A stretch of 64,000 nucleotides of DNA, from the NCBI GenBank assembly GCA_041665305.1, contig JBAYJD010000002.1, forward strand, positions 10,068-74,067, given 5' to 3'. The stretch comes from Elusimicrobiales bacterium (GTDB lineage: Bacteria > Elusimicrobiota > Elusimicrobia > Elusimicrobiales > UBA9959). The notes beneath the pieces were generated by a model, which worked only from the letters and a program-made list of their open reading frames with translations, made no database searches and was not told the origin of the DNA. The translations under genes and the position numbers were made by a program. Position 1 is the stretch's first letter. Each line of letters begins with the position of its first letter. Of this stretch, positions 27,101 through 42,100 are shown piece after piece.

Positions 27101-30100
27101 GGGCAGGGCCGAAACAGCCCAGGAAGACTGGTAGACGGCCGCCGTGGTGGAAACCGTGGCCGTGCCGCTCCAGCCCGAGCCGTTCCAGTATTGGTTGTAC
27201 TTATTGTCCTTGATGTGGACATTTATATACTGGATCTGCACGCCCGGCTGCTGCCCGACATTGGCCAGGACCAGGTCTTCCTGTATGGTCCCGGAGGCGA
27301 CCGAGACGGCGGAACGCTTCTCCCCCGCCTGGACCGAGTTAACCGCGGCGGTGGGCGTTACGATGTCGAAGTTGAACACATTGGCGGCGGAAAGGTCCGA
27401 TTGCGTGCCTTCCAGCACGCCGTTATTGTAGGTCAGGTCCGAAGCCCTGCTCCTGGCCTCGTACTGCGCGCCGTTGGCGAACGCCGCCGTGGGATAGGAA
27501 ACCGTATAGCTCCAGGAAGAACCGGCGGCATAGTAGACGCCTTCGTTAGTAACGGTCTGGTTCCAGACCGCGGTATAGGTGGAGGCGGCATTGTCCCAGT
27601 ATTTGCCGGCGGACGCCCCGTTAACCGCTTTCAACTGCGCCCATACTTTGTAAATTCCGGCGGCGGGCGGCGTTATCCCCGGCGGGTCCGACGCGGCGCC
27701 TGAAAGGACCGGCAGGCTGTTGTAGTATAGCTGTGAAGCCGCCGGGACCTGCACCAGCGCCGAGGGCGCGGCCGTATCGAAGAAGATCTGGGCCGAAGCC
27801 GGCGCGGCCTCCGGCACCCCCGCTATGTTGGAACCGATGGAGCTGAAGGTGTAGGAAGAACCGGTTATAAATTCCGGCAGGTTCCGCGAAAAATTCCAGC
27901 TGCCCGCAACCGGTTGTATGCCGCCCGTGGAAACCTGGACGGACTGCCAGGCCGGGGTGTTGAAGTTCCAGTACCAGTTATCGGAGAGCCTCTGCAATTG
28001 CAGCGAAACCTTGTCGGTGTCGGAATTGGCCGTGCCGCTTATAACGGAGACCGCCTTCTGGTAGCGCGAAGCGCCGGGCGCCGTCACCCTGGTGACGCTC
28101 GGAGGAGGCGAGAACTTGAACCTTCTGGAAGAGGGCGCCGTTTCCCCGTTGGAAGCGTTGTCCGCGGCGCTGGACTTTATCACATAGTAGCAAAGCGCCT
28201 TCAGGTCGGGGCCGGTTATCGGATAGCTCCAGGAATCATCGGCCGGGATATAGGAATTCACGCCCAGCCATTTCTCGGAACCCTGCCAGGCGGAGCCGTT
28301 CCAGTACATGCCGTTATTGCCAGGCGCCGTGCAATCCGCGCCTTGCGTTCCGTCCTGCTGTATGCGGATCTGGACGGTGGAGATATCGGCGGTATAATCC
28401 GAGGCCGTGCCGGTTATGGCCGTTATGGTCTGCACCTCACCGTCCTCCACCGCCGGGACGGTTATACCGGAGAGCGGCGGGACCCTGTCCAGGGTAAAGG
28501 TGGAAACGGTAAGGCCGAAAGCCGAATAATTCCCGGCCCTGTCCGCCGCCTTCACCTTCATCACGAATGAGGCCGAAGACCGGCCGACCGACCAGGAATC
28601 CGCCGCGGTCGCCGGCGTATCGGCCGGCAGCGAGGAAGCCGACACGCTCCAGTTCTCGGCGGCCGTTATAACCCCGGAACTGTATGCCGTGCTCCAGGAC
28701 CTGGAGCCGAAGTTCCAATACTGGTTGGGCTGCCGGTCCGTGTCGGCAAGCTCTATCCAGAGCGCGCTGAGCCCGCTGGGGATGCCGCCGCCGGCCACGG
28801 GATCCAGCGCGGTGCCGGACAGCGAAGAAAGCGCGTTAAAGTAACTGAGATGGGCCGGCGCCGACACTCCGGCCAGCGGCGTGGAATAGTCCAGGATAAA
28901 AACGGCGGTTGAGTATGTTATTTCGGTATTGGGGCCGCCGTTCACCGGCTGGGTATTGTCCCTTGAATAGGACTGCACCTCGAACCTAAAGCCGTCGCCT
29001 TTATCAGCCCCGGTATGGCAATCCCCGAGATTCGCGCCTTTAAAATCGGAGGTGGACATTTGCAGGATCCATTGCGCCAAAGAGCCGGAATTCTGCGCCA
29101 TCCAGCCGTCGGTAAGCGGAGCCGTCACCCAGTTGTTGTACCCGGTATCATAATCGCAACGGGCATTGAGCGAGTCATAGCGGCGCACCCGCACGAAAAC
29201 ATTGTTCAGGCCGGAAGGAGCGGCGCCTAGGTCCCCGCCGTCGGTTTCGGAAGCGGTTCCGGCTATGTTGGAGATCGGCGTATTCCTGTAGATCACGCCG
29301 CCCCCGCCCGCAGCGGGCCAGGTGGATTTTGAAATCGGCACGAAACGGTCCATTTTAAAGGCAACGCCGCCGGTCGGAGCCGGCGTGTCCGCCGTGTTCT
29401 CATTCCCCACGGTATCCCGGCCTCTTACATAGACCGTGAAGTCGCGGGAACCCTGCAGGGTATTGAATTCGTTAATCAGGTTCGCGTCCGCATAGGTCCA
29501 GGAGGAGGTAAAGATCGAGGTGGCGTTCAGCCAGCTGGCCGCGCTGAAAGCTCCCCAGCCGGAGCCGGTCCAGTAATCGCCCGGGGTGTTGCGCTTGATG
29601 ACGACCTGCACGCCGTTCACCGGATTTATTCCGGAAACCGGCTCGGAGAAGTCGCCCGTTATGGCCGGCATGGAGGCGTAAGAGAAGGCGCCGGGCATGG
29701 TTACCGTGGTGACGGGGGCGGAATTGTCGTAGATGAACGATCTCTCTACGAAAGACTCCTGGTTGCCGGCGCGGTCCACGGCTTTTACGCGCACTTTGTA
29801 GACGGAGCCGTCGTTAAGCGCCGGAGGCCAGGTGTCAGCGCCCGGATAAGACCAGGAAACCGAGGAACTAAGCTGCACGCCGAACTGGCTGTCGGTATTG
29901 CCGTAATAGGTTATGGCGAGCGGGCGCCAGTTGTCGCCGGAATCAAAATTCCCCGCGCCGTCGTACTTGGTATTGGCGCCGACATCCACTATCTGGATAG
30001 CGACCCCCGCCGGAGCCACGCCGGAATAGGACTCCGCCGGCAGGTTAACCCAATCCACGGCGGTACCGCTAAGCGCGCTTATCTGGGCCAGGTTCTGATA

Positions 30101-33100
30101 AGCCTGATAGGGCGCCAGAATGGAGGACGAAGGCTTGTTGACATCGTAAACAAATTCGCGGTACACCGCCCCGGCGGCGCCGACCGGAGTGATATTGCCG
30201 GCCACATCTTTAGCCCACAGTTCTACTTTATAGCGTTTATTGGGGTCCAGAGCCGGCGCGGAAAGATCCCACGGATTGACCGCGTTGACTATCAGGAAGG
30301 TGGACCCCGCCACGCTCCACTGGCCGCCGTCCCATCTGGCTTCCACGGCCCGGTCCGGCAGCAGCCTGGAGAGCTCGGCCTTTACCGGCGGCACTATGCC
30401 GGCCGGAGCGTCGGCCGCATTGCCGGTCAGCTGGGTTATGGGCCGGATGTCGCTGTAGAAAGCGCCGGTCCCGGACATCGGGGTGGAGATCGTTATGGTC
30501 GGATAGTTGAAGTCCGAAGTGACCGAGACGGCCTCGGGGGCTTCCTGGTTGCCCGCCTGGTCGAGACCGGCTATTGAGAAATTATACACCTGGTTATGCG
30601 TGGAGATGACCGGCATGTCGTAGCCGACCGGAGGATAGTTCCAGGCGATAGTGGAGGCGGAAACCGTGAAGTCTACAGACAGTTCCACCACGGTCGGGGA
30701 GCTCCAGCCGAGAGCCGTAGTGCCTTTCCAGTACCAGGTATCCGCCCCGTAGGTGTAATAGATCCGCAGCTTAAGTCCCGACGCGCCGGAAGCAAGGCCC
30801 GAGGCGCCGCCGTAGCTTGTGCCGGAGAGCTGCGGGATGGAATTACGGATGTAACTGCCGGCCGTGGGCGTGGAAACCCTTGAAACGGGCGGGGTGCCGT
30901 CCACCACGAAAGAGCGGACGGTGAGCGGGTCCTGCATATTTCCGCCGTTGACGCCCATAGGCTCGGCCTTGTCGAAAGCCCTTGCCATCAGGGTATAGTT
31001 CTTGTCGGAGATCCAGTCCCCGGAACTGAAGGGATAGGTCCAGGTGTCCGTGCCGTTGACCGTCTGCCAGGCCGCTTCGGAAGAGATGGCGTTGGTGAAG
31101 ATAGAACCGTTCCAATAGTAAGTGGAACTCCCTTCCAGATAACCCAGGTTGATCTGCACCTTGTTCAGCTGATCCGGAGAGAACGGCAAAGGAGTATCTG
31201 CGGCGGTGCCGTTGAGGGCCGAAGCGCCGTTAAGGACCGAAGGCTTGTAATTGCCGGCGGCCAAAGGCTGGATTATACCGGAAGTCGGCGGGGTTTTATC
31301 GCAGATAAAGGTTATGGAGGAAACCCCGTCGGCAAACCCGTTCTGCGTATTACCGGAGCGGTCCACGGCCCGCACCTGGAGAACATACAGGAAACCGCTG
31401 TTAAGCGCCGCGTCGAAGCCCGCCGGAGCGTAGGACCAGGTATCGGTGCCCGCCACCACATTAAAGCTGGAAGAGAAGCTGTCGAACCCGGCGCCGGTCC
31501 AATATTTAGAGCCGTTGTAGATCTGGACTTCCACCCTGTCGAGGTCCGACTTATAATTGGGCAGATTGGAGCCGGGCGGGTCGAACGCGGTGCCGTTTAT
31601 GCCGGAAAGACTCCTGAACACCTGCCTGTCGGCCGGGAAACCCAGGTAGGCGTTGGGGGTGCTGGTGTCGAAGATCATGATGCTCGACGACGCCATGCTG
31701 TTCTCGTTGTTCTCGATATTGCCGGCCTTATCCCTGGGCAGCAGGAACACCCTGTAACGGCGGCCGTCCCTGAGGGCGGGATTCACCAGCGTCGCGGTGG
31801 ACCAGTTGACCGTGGCCTGCGGGGTATAGGCGGTTTCGATATTGGTGGTGGCGGAGTCGAAAGCGGAGCCGTTCCAGTAATAGCCGCTCTCCACATCTTT
31901 TATCCTGACGGACACCATGCCGCCGAATTCCTTCTGGAGCGAAGGCTGGGTTATATTGCCTGGGTCGGTGGCGGTGCCGGAGAGGGTCGGCATGGATCTT
32001 ATGAACTGTCCGACCGGGGCCGAAATAAAGCCTATGGGCTTGGTATTGTCTATCACGATCCTGAGCTGCGCGGGACTGCTTTCGGCCTCGTTGGAGGAGT
32101 TATAGCCGGTCACGGTTATGGTGTAAGAGGCGTTATCCACCGTGAAAGCCGCGGCGCTGTTTATGCCCTGGTTCCAGGAATTACCGTCGCGGCTGACAAA
32201 GGTATAGGTGTCGGAGTCCACCCAGTGCTGGGAGGGTTCATACCACCAGCTCGCGGCCCCGATCAGCCTTTGCAGGCGGATCTGGACGCTGTCCACCGCC
32301 CTGAGGTTGGTGCCGATACCCGCGATGTTCAGCACATCGGCGGGTCTGAAATTTTTATCATTGGCGCCGGCCGGGGTCTGGATCGTGGTATCCGCCTCCG
32401 GGGTCTGGACAGTGAAGGAGATGTCGGCGTTCTCCACCGTACCCGGAGATTTTTCGTTCGCGGCCTTATCCACCGCCAGGGCTATCACATTGTACTGGGA
32501 CTGGTTTATCCAGTTTATGGCCGAGGTGTTCCAGGTCCAGGTGCTGGGCTGGGCCACATCCGGATTATGCGCGGTTATAGTTCCGGTGGTGAACCAGATC
32601 CGGTTATTGGGATAGACCCCTCCGGGACAGGCCATGAAGCTGTTGAACAGGTTGTTGTAACATCTGGGACTGCCTTCGCCGCTCGTTTGTTTAAGCGAGA
32701 TCCTCACCACTCCCGGATCCTGCAACTGCCCGGGGAAAGTATCATAAGCCGTGCCGGTTATGGCGGGCACCGCGGTGACGCCGCCTACCGGCGCCGTGGC
32801 GAGGGAAACGGGCAGCGTGGTATCGCCGGTAAAGTAATTGGTGGTGTATGCCGTCTGAAGATTTGAAACTATATCGTGGACGCGGCTCATGGCGTAATAG
32901 GTGGTGCCGTCGGCTATGGCCCCGGCCGGCAGGTTATAAGACCAGGTGCCGGAGGAGACGCCCGAGAACGAAGCCGCATACCACTGCCTGGCGCCAAGGT
33001 TAAACCCGGAACCGTCCCACCATTTTTCATCCGAGAGCCGCTGGATGGCCAGTTCCACGCCGGACGCCGGATCAATGCCGGACTCAAAGTCACGCGGAGA

Positions 33101-36100
33101 AGCCCAGCCGTGCAGGTTTTCCACGGAGTCGTCGGCCGTACCGGTTATGGCGGGCACAGCCCCGATAAAGCTGTTGTCGGACGGGAAGGTTATTTTGGAG
33201 GCCGGCGTGGTAAGGTCCACCACGAAGGTGAAGGTGGAGAAATAGGCGCCGGAATAATTGTTCTGCGCCTGGTCGCGCGCGTACTGGTTTATGTAATACT
33301 GGTAGCCGTCCTGCTGGGAGGCCGCGCTGATATTTTTGGTCCAGTCCGGGAAGATAAAAGTGTCCGCGTCGTAGAAATCAGGAGCGCCCAGCCAGTTGCC
33401 GTTATAAAAGTCCCAGTAAGCCCCGCCCGAACGCCGCAGCCGCAGCTTAACTCCGCTCACGCCGCTGGGCTCGTTAAGACCGTTCTCATTATCGGAGGCT
33501 GTGCCGATTATAAGGCCGGTCGAAGCCGCCAGAGCGTAAGTTTGCGGCACCGTGACATCGGTCAGGGGTACGGCGCTGTCGAAGGCGAAGTAGTGCGCGG
33601 GGTTGCCGTCCGCCTTCAGATTGCCGTTGAACTGGACCTCCGTAGGGGTATCCATCCAATTGCCGGCTTTATCCACGGCCCTGACCCAGACCGAGATCTT
33701 TGAATTGTTGACCGGCGCAAGAGACGGCAGGGCGACGGACCAGTTGCCGCCCGCGTAGGCCGCGGTGCTCCAGCGGGTGTACTTTGTCTCGGGAGTGGTA
33801 TCCCAGTCATCCAGGGTATTCGTATAGGTGCCTTTCCAGTAGGCGTTAAAGGCGCCTCTGGCCTTGACCATGACATGTACCTTGTCTATGGCTCCGGAAT
33901 CGCCGGTGGTGCCGTACAAAGCGTTCACGGAATTGAAGTAGGCGCCGTTCGCCGGCGCTGTGGCGACCGCCACAGGCTTCTGGTTGTCGAACCTTATCAA
34001 CCGGCCCAGCCCGGCGGGGACGGAAGCCGGCTCTCCTGTATTGGGCCCGAATTCCCTGTTCTGCGCCAGATCGTAAGCCCAGGTAACGGCGAAATAATCA
34101 TTGGTCCCCAGGCCGCTCATGACCGACCGCACCTGGGCCGGCACGCTCCAGTTCCAGGACACCACCGGATTGCCCGAACCGTAAGGGCCGGTGTCGACGG
34201 CGGTCTCGAACCAGTAGGGATTGCCTCCGTCGAACGCCCCGCTGCCGGCGCTCCACCAGCCGCCGGTGTTAAGTTTCAGGGCTATCTTGACCGTATAAGT
34301 GCCTAGCCTGGCCTCGTAGGTCCTGTCGTTAGCGGCGTCGTCGCTGGCGGTGCCGGAGACGGACGCAAGCTGGTTGACATATTCTGTCGAGGGACTGGTT
34401 ATGGTGGAGGTCGGTTTATCCAGGTCGAATTTTATAACACGGGCGGCCGCGGCCGAAACATTCCCGGCCTCATCCTCCGACCGCGCTTCTATCTTATACT
34501 TGTGATCGTTGACGAAGACGATATTCGCGTTGTTGTAGTTCCAGCCGGCGGCCGGGCCAAGTGCATTAAGCCACAGCGGGGCGGAGCAGGCCGTAAATGA
34601 AGCTCCGTCGAAGCAAAGACTGTAATCATTGGTCTCGCCTATAACATCGCTTATAGCCACCGCCACCGTGCTGACCCCGGTATGCGCCGAACTTTGCGCG
34701 CTGGCGGAACCACCGGTCACCGGGGTGGAGACCAGCACGCTCGAATAAGTGGCGCCGTCCAGCGGGTAAGTCAGGGAAACCGTCGGAGCGGTCGTGTCGT
34801 AAGTCACGACATAGGTGGAATAAAGAACGGAGTAATTTCCCGCGTAGTCAAGGGCGCGGGCCTCTATGGTATAAGCCGCGTCGTCCTTAAGCATCGCGGA
34901 CGGCACGGTGTAATACCACGAAGTGGCGCCCAACCTTGTAGTGGTTATCCAGTTATTGTCGGAAGCGGCCCAGGCCGCGCCGGTCCAGTATCTGGTCCCG
35001 TCCACTCCCGTGGTGGAGATCCGGAGATCGGTCCATTTGTGCCCCGACAGGTCCGCGTCGACCGTTCCGCCTATGCCGCCCAGCGCCCTGACGGCGGGGG
35101 CCGAAGGCGTGGTGATCAGCACGGACGGCGGGGTATTATCCACTATAAATCTCGCGGAGGTATAAGGCCAGGTATTCCAGTTGCCCTCGCCGCCGTCGTT
35201 CGAAAGCCGGGCGTCGTCCATGGCCTTGGTTTCAAGGACATATTCCCTGTCGCCGGCCGGCCAGACCACGGCGCCGGTGTATTGCCAGGTCCAGGACGGG
35301 GCCGAGCCGGTAAGCGCGGTGTTAAGCCAGGCCGTCTCGGAACTGACCGCGCTGGTGAACGCCCCGCCGTACCAGTAATAAGTGTCGGGAGACTGTAGAT
35401 AAGAAAGCCTTACCTTGACATCGGCCACCCCCGCGGAATTGGCGGCTGGATTATCGGAAGCCGTGCCGTTAATGTCGTCCTGGCCGACGGACCCCGGCTT
35501 ATAGCGGCCGGCTATGCCGTTGCCGTCGTCGACGGGATAGATTATGACCGGGGACGGCGCCGTCTTATCCACAGTGACGACCAGCGAGGACTGGCCGACC
35601 GCGAATTGGTCCTGGATGTTCCCGGCCAGGTCCCTGGCCCTGGACAGGATAAGGTACCTGCCGCCCGTGGCCAGGACGCTGTCCAGCCCGGCCGGGGAAT
35701 AAACCCAGGAAGTGGCGTCGGGCGACAGGGTCCCCACCGTGTTATTGACATCATGCCAGAGCGGCGTTTCACCGGCGTCCGTAAAGTCGGCGCCGTCATA
35801 CCACCTGGGAGCCGCTCCCGTCAGCCTGCGCACGGCCACTTCGACCGCGGTGCTAAGCCAGGCGTCGTAAGCAGTACCGGCCACGGCGGAGAGGCTTCTG
35901 AGGCCGGATTTATTGGCGTCGACCGGCAGGGTTATCCTGGCCGTGGGGCTGGTAATATCGAAGGTGAACGCCTTGTCCGTGGCCGTGCCGGTGTTGCCGG
36001 CCTTATCCACGGACACCAGCTGGACGAGGTAACTTCTGTCGGCTTCCCAGGCCGCGCTGTTCTGGAAATAATCGGTGGTATAGGAGGCCACGCCGGCGTT

Positions 36101-39100
36101 GACCGACGCCGTCAAATAAGTTTCCGGCGCGTCCGCTGTAAAGGTGGAGGAGGCCCAGTTCCAGTATTGCGCGGATTCCTGGCGTTTCACCCTGAAGTAA
36201 GTGTTCACTATGAGGCCGGGCGGCACATCGCTCACGCTTCCGGTCAGGGAGCCGAGCGATCTGACGAACGCCTTGGAGGGATTCGTGACGGCGGCCAGCG
36301 GCGCGCTCGAATCGATGACGAAAGTCCGCCCCGCGCCGGGAGTTTCCACATAGCCGTTGCCGGTGGCTTTGGTTTTTACGCGATAGGTCCTGTTGCCGTT
36401 CCACGCCTCGGACGCGACCGAGGTGCTGCGCCAGATGGTTCCGTCAAAAGAATCCACCCCCAGATAATAGGCCGGATTGTCCTGCGCGGACAGCCATTGC
36501 AGGCCGCTCCAGACCAGGTCGTCGGCGTTATTCTCCACCCCGTCGGGCCCGAAATCCGTTATCCTGACGGCCACCGTGCTGGAATAAACCGCGGTGCCGG
36601 AAATGACGGGTTTCGGCGTCGGCGCCCAATGGGGCGTAGCCGCCGTCGGATCCGTTATAACCGAAACGGGCGGAGGTGTTTTGATGGTAAACAGTATATG
36701 CGGGCCGGGGCCGGTGGAACCCGGTTTTGCCACTTCATTGTTGGCTTTATCCACGGCCTTGGCGAAAATGCGGTAATCTATGCCGTCCGTGCTGGTGATC
36801 CAGGACGGGGTGGAAGCGCCAGTGGCCTCCCATTTATCGCCGGGCAGCACCGAGGCGTCATAGAAGATCTCGGAAGCGGACAGCCAGTTGCCGGCGGCGC
36901 GGTCCCAGTAACCGACGGGCGTACTTACCTTGTAATATGAAACCCTGACCTTATCCACCAGGCCGGGAGCCGTATCGGAAGCCGAACCGGAGACCACCGA
37001 CAGCTCCGTCTGGATCACCGAACCGTCGGCCGGATAAGTCACGGTGGAGGTGGGCGCGGTAAAATCGGCCTTGATGTTCGTGACGGTGGAATAGACCAGC
37101 TGGTAGTTGCCGGCCTTGTCCTGGGCGTAAGAATTTATCTCGTAGGTTTCACCCGTCTGCCAGGGGTTGGCGTTCAACTGCCACCAAGTCGCGGAGGCGC
37201 TCAGGGTTCCGTAGGTCGGTATATGGTTCCAGACCTGCGGCGCGCCCTCAAGCGTCCAGCTCGAATCCAGGACGCGGTAATAATGGTTGGCGTTCGGGCC
37301 GCTGAGCTGTTTAACACGCACAAAAAGGTCCTTCACGATGCCGTTGGGAGCGTCGTAAGAGCCGCCGGTGATCTTTCCGGTCTGGCTTATATAGCCGCCG
37401 TCCGACGGATATGAAACTGCGCTCGTCGGACGGGACACATCGTAAACGAAACTGCCTTTCAGCGCATAGCCTTCCTGGTTCTGGGCGGCGTCCCAGGCGT
37501 TGGTGTAAACGCTGAAAATAACGCCGTTGTTATTGTCGTACATGCCGTCAGCCGGCGTATAAGTCCAGTTATCGAACGACCCTGAGGGAGCGGCGTACAG
37601 CGTCGGAGGCGCGCCTCCCCAGATCGCGCCGCCCTGCCAATACTGGTTATCGCTCGACCTTCTGATATAGATCATGACATTGGACACACCCGAAGAGCCG
37701 GGATCGGCGCTGGTACCGCCGATAGTTATGCCTTTATAGTTGAAATGCTGATTGTCGGACGGATAGGTAACCGTGGAAGCGGGCGACTCGGTATCATATC
37801 TGAAGGTGGCGGTGGTGAAGGTCGTATCCCAGTTGCCGGCGGTATCCTTCGATCTGGCCCTTATGGTGTAACTGACTCCGCTTTGCCAGGTCGAGTTCTG
37901 GATATTGTAGGTCCAGCTGGCCGAGGTCTGGTAAATCTCGGTCTGGGCGGGGACCCAGGGCGCCGCGTTGATATTGGCGCAGGATGTCCATACAGGGAAC
38001 AAACCGGGATTGTAACACGCGGAAAGCTCGCTCATAACGGCGAACTGCACCTGTGAAACGGCGATATTGTCCCCGGCGGTACCGGTAATGTCCGGCAGCG
38101 TGTTGTGGTTGGCGCTGCTCGGCAGGGTTATGACCGTAACGGGCTTTTCATTATCGAAGGTCACCGTCACACCGACTCCGGCCGGCACATCGCCGTTCTG
38201 GGGCTGTCCGGAGTTGGGCCCGTACTCCCTGTTCTGCGCCAGATCGTAACCCCAGGTCACTATCCTGTAATTGGAGTTCTGGTTGTTCGCGTCCGAAAGA
38301 TAGTTATTGAGCGCCGTCGGCAGATTATAGGTGAATTTGCCGGTGTTGACGCCGGTCGTACTGAGATTGGCTTCGTACCACGACGGATTGGAAGCGGAGC
38401 AGTTGGTCCCGTTCCACCAGCCGGTTTCGGAACCGGTCAGCCTTTTGATGGCGACCTTGACCGTATAAGTGCCCAAACCCGCTTCATAGTTCCAGGAGGA
38501 GCCGGTCAGATCATCCGTGGCCGTGCCCCGTATCTGCGTAAATCCGGTGGTGTACCCGGCCAGCGGGTAGGTGATGGTGGAAGTGGGCTTTATGGTGTCG
38601 TAATTGATCGTCACGGCTGAAACCGCGGACGGATTGTCCGCGAAGTCCGCGGCCTGGGCGTCTATCCTGTACTGGACATCGTTCGCGAAAGCCAGGTTCG
38701 CGCTGTTGTAGGTCCAGTTGTCCCACACGCCGCCTACTTTGGCCGCCGTAAGCCAAGAGGGACAGGTTCCGAAACCAGTACCGTTAAAGCAGGCCTCGCC
38801 CGCGCCGCCGGGGTCCCTGATTATCTGCACGGCCACCGTGCTGACGCCGGTGTTCGCGGAGGTCTGGTCATTGGACGAAGTCCCGGTTATCGGAGTGGAG
38901 ACCAGGATCTGCGAATATGCCGCGCCGTCATGCGGGAATGTTACTAAAACGGACGGAGCCGTAGTGTCGTATGTGAACACATAAGTGGAGTATAGGGTGG
39001 AATAATTTCCGGCGTAATCCTGCGCCTGGGCCTCGGCGGTGTACACGGCGTCGTCCCTTAAGATGGAGCCGGGAACCGTGTAATACCACGAGGTCGCGCC

Positions 39101-42100
39101 AAGTTTGGACGAATGTATCCAGGTATTACCGGAAGCTGTCCAGACCGAGCCGGACCAGTATCTGGTCCCGTCCGGGCCGGTGGTGGAGATGCGGAGATCG
39201 GTCAGGCTGTGTCCGGCCAGATCGGCGTCGGCGGCGCCGTAGATGGAGAAAGAGGCCTTCTGGGCCGAAGCCGTCGGGCTGGTTATCAGAACGGAGGGAG
39301 GGGTATTGTCCACTATAAAGTACCGCGTCGCGTACGGTTCCACTTCCCACACGCCGTCCCCGCTGCCGTCAGCCAGCCGGGAATCGTCCATGGACCGGAC
39401 TTCCAGCTTATACTCCCTGTCGCCGGCCGGCCAGAGGATGCTGCTTGCATAACTCCAGGTCCAGTTGGGCGCTGAGCCGGATTTGGAAGTGGGCTGCCAG
39501 GCCGTGGCTTCCGTGAGGGTCCCGGAACTGAAACCGGTCCCGGCGCAATAATAGGTGTCGCCGTTCAGCAGGTAAGACAGCCTTATATATGAAGCGGAGA
39601 TATCGCCGTTATTCTGCGCGGGGGCGTCCACGGCCGTTCCGCTCAAATGATTGGCCGGGAACTGCCCGATGTTCGCGGGGGCATATCTGCCGCTGGAGCC
39701 GTCGCCGTCGTTCGCCGGCCGCGAGATGGCCGAGACCGGCGCGGTCTTGTCCACCTTTATGACCAGCGAGGACACATTTACGCTGAACCCGCTAAGCATA
39801 TTGCCGGCCACATCGCTCGATCTCACAAGTATGAAGTACTGGTAGCCGGATTCGAATTTATCGTCAAAATTCGCGGGAGCGTACACCCAGGTCGTCGCGT
39901 CGGGGGACAGGTAACTGCTTCCGGCGCCGTTCACGACATCCAGCCAGTGAGGCTCGGAAGCCAGGTCGCTGAAAGAAGTTCCGTCGAACCAGAGCATGGT
40001 GCCGGACAGCCATTTTTGTATGGCTATCTCCACTTTCTGGTTCTCCCAGTCGTCGGCCGCCGTACCTGAGATGGACGGCAGGGACCTTATGGCTTTGGCG
40101 TTCTGCGGCAGAAGTATCCTGGTGGTCGGGGAGGACAGGTCCAGCTTGAAGGTGACTTCCGCCGCCGTGCCCGTATTGCCGGCCTTATCCACCGACACCA
40201 GTTGCACCACATAATCCCTGTTCTGTTCCCAGGCCTGGTTGTTCAGGAAATAATCGGTGGTATAGCTCGCCACGCCGCCGACCACGCCGGCCGGAAGGTA
40301 GGTCTCGGGGGCGTCCGCGGTAAAGGTTGAAGCGGCCCAGTTCCAGTACTGCGAGGCTTCGTCCCGCTTGACGCGGAAATAAGTGTTCTGGATCACGCCG
40401 GGCGCGATATCGCCGACGCCGCCGATCAGGCCGGTCATGGAATTTACCCATCTGCGGTCGGGCGCCGTCACCGCCGCGGCCGGAGCGCTTGAGTCTATGA
40501 CGAACAGCCGTCCCGCGCCCGGAGTTTCCTCATATTCGTTGCCCGTATGAACGGCCTTGGACTTGACGCGGTAAGTTCTGTTGCCGTTCCACTGGTTCGA
40601 CTCCAGGTCTATCTGCCATACACCGTTCCCGGGATTGAAAGAATCCACGCCGAGGTAGAGATCGGGATTAGCGGACGCCGAGAGCCATTGCGTCCCGTTC
40701 CAGACAAGATCGTTCCCGTTCTCCAGGCCGTCGGCCCCGAGATCCGTTACCCTCACGGCCACGGTGCTGGAATAGACAGAGGTGCCGGAAATGGCCGGCT
40801 TGGGGTTCGGGACCCAATGGGGCGTGTTCGCGGACGGCGAGGTTATGCCGGAAACGGGCTGGGGGGTTTTAAGCGTGAATTCCATGTACGGCCCGTCCCC
40901 GACGGCGCCTGGCTTCGCGACTTCCAGAAGCGCCTTGTCCACGGCCTTGGCAAAAACCCTGTAAGCGATGCCTCCCACCGAAGTCACCCAGGTCGGGGTC
41001 GAAGAGCCGGTGGCCTCCCACTTGTCGCCCGCCAGCAGCGTCGCGTCATAAAAGATCTCGGCGCCTGAATTCCAGAGCCCGGAGGCGCGGTTCCAGTAAT
41101 TGCCGTCGCAGATGCCCGAAGCGCAATAATAGGAAACCTGTACCTTATCGAGCTGTCCAGGGGCCGTATCCGAAGCCGAACCGGAAATAACGGTGACCTC
41201 GGTCTGGAGAATGGAACCGTTCACCGGGTAAGTGACCGTGGAGGTGGGCGGCGTAAAATCGGCTTTTATCAGGGTAACGGTGCTGTAACCCAGTCTGTAA
41301 TTATCCGCCTTGTCCTTGATGTTCACGCTGATATCGTAGGTTTCTCCGGATTGCCAGGGAGTGGTGTTCAACTGCCACCAGGTCGCCGAGGCGCTTAATG
41401 TGCCGTAGGGCCCGCCCTGGTAGATCTCGTTCCAGACCTCGGGGACATTTTCCAGGGTCCAGCTTGAATCCGACACCCTCCAGTAATGGTCGGGCTTTGA
41501 GCCGGCGGTCTGCTTGATCCGCACATAAACCTTCTCAACGATGCCGTTGGGCGCGTCATAGGCGGTACCGGTTATTTTTCCGGCCTGGCTGATATAGCCT
41601 TTGTCGTACGGATAAGTCACGGCGCCGGTGGGCTTGGAAATATCGTAAACGAACTCCGCGTCCCTTACGGTGCCGAGATTGCCGGCGCCCGTGCCTTCCT
41701 GGTTCGTGGCCAGGTCGTCAGCCCTGGTAACTATCCGGTAAAGATGGCCATCCGTCCATTGCGGGGGATCGTAAACCGCGTTCCAGGTCCAGACCCCTCC
41801 GACGATATTACTGAACAGCCATTTGTCGCCGTCGGTATCGGTCCACCCCATGCCGGTCCAGTAGGTCGTACCGCGGGTGAGATCCTGAACATACATACTT
41901 AATCCGACGACCCCGGAGCCGCTGCTCGGATCGGTATAGGAACCGGTTATGGAGGACGTGGAAAGCTCCGCATGATGCGAACCGTCCGCGGGCGAAACCA
42001 CGGTGGATTCCGGTTCGGTGTTGTCGAACTTGAACGTTACGGTGGAATAGACGGCGTCATAATTATCCACGGAATCCCTGGCCCGAGACTCCAGGCGGTA

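Noticed and set aside
617-36940. Long plus-strand ORFs from the track across the giant-gene span, for example 617..2485 (622 aa), 4175..5767 (530 aa), 6869..8125, 10412..11902, 12554..13588, 15491..16813, 25412..26497 and 35606..36940
   Set aside because: Their translations are Arg/Gly/His/Pro-rich low-complexity strings with no recognisable motifs, which is typical of the antisense frame of GC-rich coding DNA. They lie entirely opposite a continuous, motif-rich minus-strand frame.
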